Origin: Obrimoposthia wandeli
Taxonomy: Eukaryota
Length of the DNA: 64,000 nt
Direction: 5' to 3'
Assembly: GCA_977020255.1 (NCBI GenBank)
Contig: CDROCS010000666.1
Location: 1 to 64,000, forward strand
This document shows positions 57,156 to 64,000 of this stretch, one piece after another; positions within the stretch are counted from its first letter, which is position 1, and each line of letters opens with the position of its first letter. The translations under genes were made by a program, and so were the position numbers. Below the pieces are notes generated by a model. That model saw only the letters and a program-made list of their open reading frames with translations. It did not search any database and was not told the DNA's origin.

Positions 57156-58295
57156 TTATAAGCTAACGGGATTGTCTAATTGCGCTAACGGGTGTGTTTC
57201 TTCTGTCCATAATGATGTGAATAAGGTATCGATAACGGTGGTATCAACCTCGTTAATTGTCTTAAATAACCAATTGGGTTCACCACTTTTATCTATTAAA
57301 CGAGCACGTACACCTTCTTTAAATTCGCCCAACGCTCCACACCGTACTGATAAGCTAAGTTCAAGCTTGAAGCATTCTGCTAATGATAATGACTGACATT
57401 GTGTCACTTGCCTAAAGCATATATGTGCCGTTATAGGGCTGCCCACCTCAAGGGTATGTTTGGCTGTTTCTATCCATTGCCCCATACCACCCATGGCTAA
57501 AATATTTTGACAAATAGTATTCAGATCACTGCCGCTACATGCTGCTTGGATATGCGAAAAATAAGGCACAAGTTGGCTAGCGGGTTGATGATGAATGGTT
57601 GACTGGGACAAGCTATCGAGCAATTCACCGACCATGGCATGATTATCATCAATGCCTCGCCAAGAGTTGGCTTGTAAATGTTCTAATACTGTCGACTTAT
57701 GTTCAGAAAGTAGAAAGTTATCGGCAATATTAAGGGCAATAGCATCACTGGCATTAATGGAGGTACCCGTTAAGCCTAAAAACAAACCGATACCGGGCTC
57801 TAGCTGATTAAGGAACCACGTTCCCCCTACATCTGGGTATAAGCCTATACTGATTTCAGGCATTGCTAACCGTGATTTAGGCGTAACAACTTTATGGCTA
57901 GCACCGATATATAAACCAATGCCGCCCCCCATAACAATACCGTCACCCCATGCGACAATCGGTTTTTTGTAGGTATGGATAAGATAATCACATTGATACT
58001 CTACAGCGAAATAGTCGGTTAAAAACGCTTGAGATGTACTGACAGTTTCACTTTCCATTGCATGATACATCGCACGAACATCGCCACCAGCACAGAAGGC
58101 TTTATCGCCTGCACCGTCTAAAAAAACACTCACAATGTGTTCATCATCTTGCCACATCACTAGCTTGTCTTTTAATTGCACCAACATATTAAATGTCAGT
58201 GCATTTAACGACGCTGTATTCTCTAATATCGCGACACCAATTTTATGATCGCTATCGAAACACTCTAATTCTTCAAAACTGACTCTGCCTGTCAT
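57156..58295 (-). CDS. 3-hydroxyisobutyryl-CoA hydrolase-like crotonase
   Basis: AFCAGGD, MGGGIG, MPEISIGLYPDVG. Confidence 0.9.
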   Translation of the reverse strand: MTGRVSFEELECFDSDHKIGVAILENTASLNALTFNMLVQLKDKLVMWQDDEHIVSVFLDGAGDKAFCAGGDVRAMYHAMESETVSTSQAFLTDYFAVEYQCDYLIHTYKKPIVAWGDGIVMGGGIGLYIGASHKVVTPKSRLAMPEISIGLYPDVGGTWFLNQLEPGIGLFLGLTGTSINASDAIALNIADNFLLSEHKSTVLEHLQANSWRGIDDNHAMVGELLDSLSQSTIHHQPASQLVPYFSHIQAACSGSDLNTICQNILAMGGMGQWIETAKHTLEVGSPITAHICFRQVTQCQSLSLAECFKLELSLSVRCGALGEFKEGVRARLIDKSGEPNWLFKTINEVDTTVIDTLFTSLWTEETHPLAQLDNPVSL

Positions 58296-58397
58296 ACCGT
58301 CTCCTCTTAGATCTGTTTCTCATTTAATCATTGCCCTATCAGGCGGACGTTATTGCACTTATAAATAGTATTCTTATAAATAGTGTTCTTATAAACA

Positions 58398-59186
58398 TTA
58401 CTGATTCTTCCAATTAGGCTTTCGCTTCTCTAGGAATGCCTTTACACCTTCAGCTTGGTCTTCGGTATCAAATAAGTTTACGAACAATTCTCGCTCTTTC
58501 ATCAAACCGTGTTGTAACGGCGCAGATCGGGTATGTTGAATTAACGCTTTGCAAGCGGTCACGGATGATGGCGATTGATTGGCAACAGATTCAGCCAACA
58601 CAATTGCAGTCTCTAATGCCTTACCTTGTGGCACAACCTCTTCAACAAGACGGATAGTAAGTGCATGATCGGCAGTTACTCGCTCACCACATAAAATGAT
58701 GCGTTTTGCCCAACCTTCTCCGACAAGTAACGTTAGGTTCTGTGTGCCACCCGCACATGGTAATAACCCGACTTTCGCTTCAGGTAATGCCATCACTGCT
58801 TGTTGTTCTGCAATTCGAATGTCACATGCTAAGGCAACTTCAAGCCCTCCCCCCATTGCATAACCATTAATTGCTGCAATAGATACCCCGCGAAATGACG
58901 ATAAGGTTTCAAAGGCTTCACCAAAACAACGTGCCATATCAAATGCGACTGTTTTATCGCCATTGGCAAATAATTTAAGATCCGCCCCAGCAGAAAAGAA
59001 CTTTTCGCCTTGTCCGGTGATCACTAAGGCATACACATCTTTATTTTGGTTAAGCGAACACACTAGCTGTTTAAGCTGGTGAAGGCTGGTTTCTGTCCAT
59101 GTATTCGCGGGCGGGTTATTCATCGTTATAACAGCAACATGATTATGAATAATGGATTCAATTGCATTTTCTTCAAGTAATGACAT
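58398..59186 (-). CDS. Enoyl-CoA hydratase
   Basis: FSAGADL, GGGLE.ALACD, PEAKVGL. Confidence 0.93.
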   Translation of the reverse strand: MSLLEENAIESIIHNHVAVITMNNPPANTWTETSLHQLKQLVCSLNQNKDVYALVITGQGEKFFSAGADLKLFANGDKTVAFDMARCFGEAFETLSSFRGVSIAAINGYAMGGGLEVALACDIRIAEQQAVMALPEAKVGLLPCAGGTQNLTLLVGEGWAKRIILCGERVTADHALTIRLVEEVVPQGKALETAIVLAESVANQSPSSVTACKALIQHTRSAPLQHGLMKERELFVNLFDTEDQAEGVKAFLEKRKPNWKNQ

Positions 59187-59264
59187 CACCAAGTATCCTT
59201 TGTCGCTATTGATATATTTATTGGTTAAATTTTGAGTTATATGCTTACTGATTATATTGATCAA

Positions 59265-60479
59265 CTACAAAATGTCTGTCCCTTCAGCTAATAACCGACG
59301 GGCAATGATCAAGCGCATTATTTCGTTTGTACCTTCCAATATCTGATGTACTCGTACATCTCTGAAATAACGTTCAAGTGGGTATTCTTTTATATAACCA
59401 TAGCCACCATAAAGCTGTAATGCTTGGTCACACACAGAAAAACCTGTATCTGTAGCAAAACGCTTAGCCATAGCACAATAGGCTGTCGCTTCTGGATCTT
59501 GTCGATCAAGTTTACTCGCGGCATAGCGAACCAATTGACGAGCAGCAACAAGCTCGGTTGCCATATCGGCTAATTTGAATTGTAGCCCCTGAAACTGCGC
59601 CAAGCTTTTCCCAAACTGTTTGCGCTCATTCATATATTGGGTTGCTTGATTTAAGGCTTGTTGCGCGGTACCAACAGAACAAGTGGCAATATTGATCCGA
59701 CCGCCATCAAGCCCTTTCATCGCAAAGGTAAAGCCTTCCCCTTCTTTACCCAGTAAATTACGAGCAGGAATCGCGACATTATCAAACGTAATTGAGCGGG
59801 TTGGCTGGCTGTTCCACCCCATTTTGGGCTCTTTTCGCCCATAAGTAATGCCTGCAGCATTGGCAGGTACAACGAATGCAGACACACCTTTTGCAGCACT
59901 TTTATGTTCTGATTTTTTATTGCTATCTTGTTCGTTGCCATTCTTATTGTATTGGTCGCCACTAACCGTTCTTGCCATCACAACTAATACGTCGGTTTCA
60001 CCTGCACCTGAAATAAACGTTTTGGCGCCATTAAGCATGTATTGGTCTTTTACCTTCTTCGCTGACGTTGTAAGGGCTGCCGCGTCTGATCCCGCATTCG
60101 GTTCAGTTAAACAATAAGACCCCAACCAGTCACCCGTGATTAATTGCGGACAATATTCAGCCTTGGCTTCATCAGTCGCGAAACTCGCAATCATCCATGT
60201 CACCATATTATGAATAGTCATAAAAGCTGTTGTTGATGTGCACCCCATCGCCAGCTGTTCAAAGATAATCGACGAATCTAGACGACTTAACGCTAAGCCA
60301 CCCTGTTCTTCTGGGGTATAAAGGCTAAGAAAACCCAGTTCTCCCGCTTCCTTTAAAATATCTTTCGGGAAAATGTGTTTTTCATCCCACTCAGCGGCCA
60401 TTGGGCTGAGCCGTTCTAGCGCAAACTGGCGGGCGGTTTCTGCGAAAGCACGTTGATCTTCATTTAATTCAAAGTCCAT
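59265..60479 (-). CDS. Acyl-CoA dehydrogenase (isobutyryl-CoA type)
   Basis: SYCLTEPNAGSDAA, GGYGY, ILEGTNEI. Confidence 0.94.
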   Translation of the reverse strand: MDFELNEDQRAFAETARQFALERLSPMAAEWDEKHIFPKDILKEAGELGFLSLYTPEEQGGLALSRLDSSIIFEQLAMGCTSTTAFMTIHNMVTWMIASFATDEAKAEYCPQLITGDWLGSYCLTEPNAGSDAAALTTSAKKVKDQYMLNGAKTFISGAGETDVLVVMARTVSGDQYNKNGNEQDSNKKSEHKSAAKGVSAFVVPANAAGITYGRKEPKMGWNSQPTRSITFDNVAIPARNLLGKEGEGFTFAMKGLDGGRINIATCSVGTAQQALNQATQYMNERKQFGKSLAQFQGLQFKLADMATELVAARQLVRYAASKLDRQDPEATAYCAMAKRFATDTGFSVCDQALQLYGGYGYIKEYPLERYFRDVRVHQILEGTNEIMRLIIARRLLAEGTDIL

Positions 60480-60684
60480 ACATCGCTCCAATGTCACGGC
60501 ATTACAGCCTCAAGTAATACCATTCTGGATAAGTAAATGGTCAGATAATTGCGCAGGAAAAATTGTTAATAACAAGGCAGAAATTGAAGTAACTAGTGGT
60601 TCTAATTATAAAATTTCTAACGCAGTTATAAGTAATTTTAACCAGCAAGAATGATCAGATACTTGTCTAGATTGGTATATACAG

Positions 60685-62178
60685 CTACTTCAAGTGAATA
60701 GTAAAGTTGGGACCTGATGGAATATCGTCATCAAACCAACGCGCTGTTACCGTTTTCGTTTCTGTGTAAAATCGAACAGCTTGCTTGCCGTAAGCATGTA
60801 AATCACCGTAAAAGCTGCCTCTCCACCCAGTAAACGAGAAAAAAGGTAATGGCACGGGAATAGGGACATTGATACCTACTTGCCCAACTTGAATCTCGTG
60901 CTGGTATTTACGCGCTGCACCACCACTGGCGGTAAAAATGGACGTTCCGTTGCCGTATGGATTATTGTTCACCAATGCAATAGCATCTTCTAAGCTATCG
61001 ACCTCGATACACATCAATACTGGTCCAAATATTTCTTGCTGATAAATCGACATATTCGTTTTTACACCACTAAATAGCGTTGGCCCCACCCAGTTACCAT
61101 TAGGGAAACCGTCAACCGTACACAGGCTACCATCGAGCTCACACACGGCTCCTTGATCTTTCCCTTCCTGAATTAAACCCAGTACACGTGTTTTTGCTAA
61201 GGCACTAATTAAAGGTCCATAACCTGCGCTGGCATCATCCCAACAACCTGGTTGAATTTTTGCCATTTCGATTTTTAAATCTGGAATCCATTCTTTTGCC
61301 CCTCCAATAAACACCGCTACTGAAATTGCCATACAGCGCTGACCCGCGGCCCCAACAGAAGCACCGACCAAATTACTGATCACCTGTGCCTTGTTAGCAT
61401 CGGGCATTACCACCATGTGGTTTTTCGCACCCGCAAAAGCCTGAACACGTTTAAAGTGTTGCGTACCAGTTTGATAAATATATTGTGCAACAGGTACTGA
61501 ACCCACAAACGAAATGGTACGAATGTCTGGATGAGACAGCAGAAAATCGACTTGTTGCTTACGACCATGAACGATCTGCAGAACCCCTTTTGGCGCACCC
61601 GCTTGCTCAAATAATTCGGCCAAACGAATGGAGGTTAATGGCACTTGCTCGGAAGGTTTTAAAATGAAGGTATTGCCACTCGCGATAGCAATCGGAAACA
61701 TCCACAAGGGGATCATTGCAGGAAAATTAAACGGGGTAATACCGCAGCACACACCTAGCGGTTGAGTTATGGAGTAAGTATCGATGCCTGTTGCGACATT
61801 CTCGACCATTTCCCCCATCATGTTGCTTGCTATATTGGCAGCTTGCTCAACCACTTCAATACCACGCCACACATCCCCTTTGGCGTCGGCTAGAATTTTA
61901 CCCGTTTCTTGCGAGAGTAGCGTTGCCAGTTCATCATGATGTTCTTTCAATAAATGTTGATATCGCAGCATGAGTCTAGCGCGATCGGGCACTGCAACAG
62001 TTTTCCATGATTGAAAGGCCTTAGTCGCACTGGTAATGGCTTCAACCATTTCAGGCTCGGTTGCGCAGGGCAATTCGGCAATCACACCGTTTGTCGCGGG
62101 GTTGGTCACATCCACCCACTCTTCAGCCACTGACTGACGAAACTCACCATCAATAAATAAGGGAACAGATTTAATCAT
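60685..62178 (-). CDS. mmsA: Methylmalonate-semialdehyde dehydrogenase (CoA-acylating)
   Basis: [20 protein letters not shown]. Confidence 0.95.
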   Translation of the reverse strand: MIKSVPLFIDGEFRQSVAEEWVDVTNPATNGVIAELPCATEPEMVEAITSATKAFQSWKTVAVPDRARLMLRYQHLLKEHHDELATLLSQETGKILADAKGDVWRGIEVVEQAANIASNMMGEMVENVATGIDTYSITQPLGVCCGITPFNFPAMIPLWMFPIAIASGNTFILKPSEQVPLTSIRLAELFEQAGAPKGVLQIVHGRKQQVDFLLSHPDIRTISFVGSVPVAQYIYQTGTQHFKRVQAFAGAKNHMVVMPDANKAQVISNLVGASVGAAGQRCMAISVAVFIGGAKEWIPDLKIEMAKIQPGCWDDASAGYGPLISALAKTRVLGLIQEGKDQGAVCELDGSLCTVDGFPNGNWVGPTLFSGVKTNMSIYQQEIFGPVLMCIEVDSLEDAIALVNNNPYGNGTSIFTASGGAARKYQHEIQVGQVGINVPIPVPLPFFSFTGWRGSFYGDLHAYGKQAVRFYTETKTVTARWFDDDIPSGPNFTIHLK

Positions 62179-62215
62179 TGCTATGTCCTTTTTAGACGAG
62201 CCGTTATCACAAAAC

Positions 62216-63481
62216 TTATAGCGGTATTTCGATACCAATTGCTGTCGCTTCGCCCCCTCCAATACAAAGGGAAGCAACGCCCCGCATTACTTTTTTATTC
62301 GACATATCTTGGCCATTCAGGTCATGTTCGGTATCTAATGCTTGGATCTGCCTCAGGCTATGAATAAGCGTAACCAGAATACGTGCACCACTGGCACCGA
62401 TAGGATGCCCAAGTGCACACGCCCCCCCTTTAACATTGACTTTGTTGATATCCAGCCCTAATTGCCGCACCGCGATTTGTGTCACCACAGCGAAAGCTTC
62501 ATTGATTTCCCATAAATCAACTTCATCGATGGACCAATCTAACTCAGATAACAACTGTTCAATGGCGTAAACAGGTGCAAGCGTGAATTCTGCAGGTTTG
62601 CGAGCATGTGTGCTATGCCCTCTAATAATGGCAAGAGGCTCTAGACCTTGTTGTTGTGCAAGTTCAGCATCCATAACCACTAATGCAGCAGCACCATCGG
62701 AAATCGAACTTGAATTTGCAGCCGTCACTGAGCCATGCATGGCAAATACAGGGCTAAGCTTGGGGATCTTTTTGAGGTCTATTTCGCGAGGGTGTTCATC
62801 ATAATTGAGTGTATTACTGTTTGATGTATCACTGCCTTTTTTGGGTGTTTTTGTACCTTTACTTGGTAACGAAATTGGCACTAATTCATCGGTAAATAGC
62901 TGTTGTGCTTGCGCATCTAAAGCACGCTGAACCGACATAGTGGCCCATTTATCCATCTGCTCTCTGGTGTAATTTAATCGGTCGGCAATATGCTGAGCAT
63001 ATACCCCCATTAGGTCGCCTTCATACGCATCTTGCAAGCCATCTAAGAACATATGGTCATACGTTGTTTTATGACCCATCCGCATACCATTTCGTGAATC
63101 TTTCAGAAGATACGGCGCATTGGTCATGCTTTCCATTCCACCAGCAACAGCACACCTTATTGACCCCGCTTTTATTGCATCATGCGCTAACATGACAGAT
63201 TTCATACCTGAACCGCAGACTTTATTAATCGTCGTACAGCCAACAGAATATGGTAATCCTGCCCCTAAAGCCGCTTGGCGAGCAGGTGCTTGACCGCAAC
63301 CCGCAGGCAATACACAGCCCATAAACACTTCGTTGATACAATCAGATGAAATAGACACCATATCGAGTGCAGCCTTAATGGCAAACTGCCCTAATTGAGG
63401 AGCAGAAAACGCTTTAAGCTTGCCTTGAAAGCTACCTAACGGTGTACGTTTTGCAGATACAATCCAAATGGTTTTTTCCAT
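62216..63481 (-). CDS. Acetyl-CoA C-acyltransferase (thiolase)
   Basis: [24 protein letters not shown]. Confidence 0.95.
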   Translation of the reverse strand: MEKTIWIVSAKRTPLGSFQGKLKAFSAPQLGQFAIKAALDMVSISSDCINEVFMGCVLPAGCGQAPARQAALGAGLPYSVGCTTINKVCGSGMKSVMLAHDAIKAGSIRCAVAGGMESMTNAPYLLKDSRNGMRMGHKTTYDHMFLDGLQDAYEGDLMGVYAQHIADRLNYTREQMDKWATMSVQRALDAQAQQLFTDELVPISLPSKGTKTPKKGSDTSNSNTLNYDEHPREIDLKKIPKLSPVFAMHGSVTAANSSSISDGAAALVVMDAELAQQQGLEPLAIIRGHSTHARKPAEFTLAPVYAIEQLLSELDWSIDEVDLWEINEAFAVVTQIAVRQLGLDINKVNVKGGACALGHPIGASGARILVTLIHSLRQIQALDTEHDLNGQDMSNKKVMRGVASLCIGGGEATAIGIEIPL

Positions 63482-63606
63482 TACTCCGTCCTCGTTGACG
63501 ACAGCAATTGATCACAGCCTTTCGAATTTACGCTTCAGAATGAGCTTATCTTAGTAAGCACTCTCACGAATTAAACGAAGCTTACTATTTTTCGTACTGT
63601 GATTTC

Positions 63607-63651
63607 TTGACGTTTACGTAAGCATAGCACTAACATTTACGTAAACGTCAA
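63607..63651. promoter_or_regulatory. Two inverted LiuR operators overlapping divergent promoters
   Basis: TTGACGTTTACGTAAG (63607-22) and TTTACGTAAACGTCAA (63636-51); TTGACG-18-TAACAT (+) and TTGACG-19-TATGCT (-). Confidence 0.8.
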
Positions 63652-63722
63652 CAAACAAATTGGCAGCTTTATTTTATCATTACAGCTTTCCTCGTCGCCA
63701 AGCAGTTGGAGGACATAATCAG

Positions 63723-64000
63723 GTGGAAATATTCAAAATTAGCGAGCTCGCTAAAGAGTTTGATATCACGACAAGAAGCATTCGTTTTTATGAAGATATG
63801 GGGCTTATTCACCCTAATCGACAAGGTAATACTCGGGTTTATCAACATCGAGATAAGGTACGACTGAAATTGATTCTACGAGGAAAACGGCTCGGTTTTT
63901 CTCTGTCTGAAATTAAAGAATTGTTTGCGCTATACGATACCAACCAAAGTGACAATCAGCTCAATCAAATGCTCACTATTATTGACGACAAACAAGTCAC
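63723..64000 (+). CDS. liuR: MerR-family regulator LiuR, partial (not in the ORF track)
   Basis: GTG start; EIFKISELAKEFDITTRSIRFYEDMGL...RGKRLGFSLSEI. Confidence 0.9.
   Translation, partial: MEIFKISELAKEFDITTRSIRFYEDMGLIHPNRQGNTRVYQHRDKVRLKLILRGKRLGFSLSEIKELFALYDTNQSDNQLNQMLTIIDDKQV

Noticed and set aside
58358-58395. 15-bp tandem repeat cttataaatagt(a/g)tt x2.5, and the tgttgtttttca triplet near 44102
   Set aside because: Real but short intergenic slippage repeats with no supportable function

Overview
AT-rich (roughly 40% GC by eye) chromosomal segment from a Vibrionaceae-like marine gammaproteobacterium, probably Photobacterium (inference from gene content; not verifiable here). Bases 1-16080 are the attI-proximal end of a sedentary chromosomal integron read on the minus strand. 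I count 27 attC sites: 21 of a resident 105-bp family, three of them with a damaged R'' box, and 6 of foreign type. They delimit 27 cassettes plus one truncated by the window edge. The divergent integrase intI (16379-17359) has a LexA box. The most striking feature is that 12 of the 27 cassettes are copies of one gene-less family. These copies keep an almost fixed length of about 559 bp despite many substitutions, are mosaics of each other, contain a hidden ~107-bp internal duplication and carry a conserved candidate promoter facing the next cassette; six of them are consecutive. Gene-bearing cassettes include an inverted RHH-fusion gene with its own promoter, a two-gene toxin/immunity-like cassette, DUF4160, a cxxc_20_cxxc protein, a duplicated HExxH (DUF4157-like) protein, SAP/DUF6434 and two GNATs. 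Right of intI lie a Fur-boxed operon resembling Pseudomonas fpvJKCDEF plus DUF4198/DUF2271/PepSY, an IS5 remnant, an orphan nifW-like gene, a two-component system with a divergent RND pump, a LigE-type ligase and four ERIC-like MITEs. The right half is a branched-chain amino acid catabolic region (E1a/E1b/E2, ETF/ETF-QO, mmsAB, acyl-CoA enzymes, liuR and LiuR operators), with an alpha-amylase, an MCP, a Lys1-type saccharopine dehydrogenase and two small ORFs missed by the ORF track. Family assignments come from motif recognition without database searches. The 11.5-12.7 kb region may contain sequencing errors.
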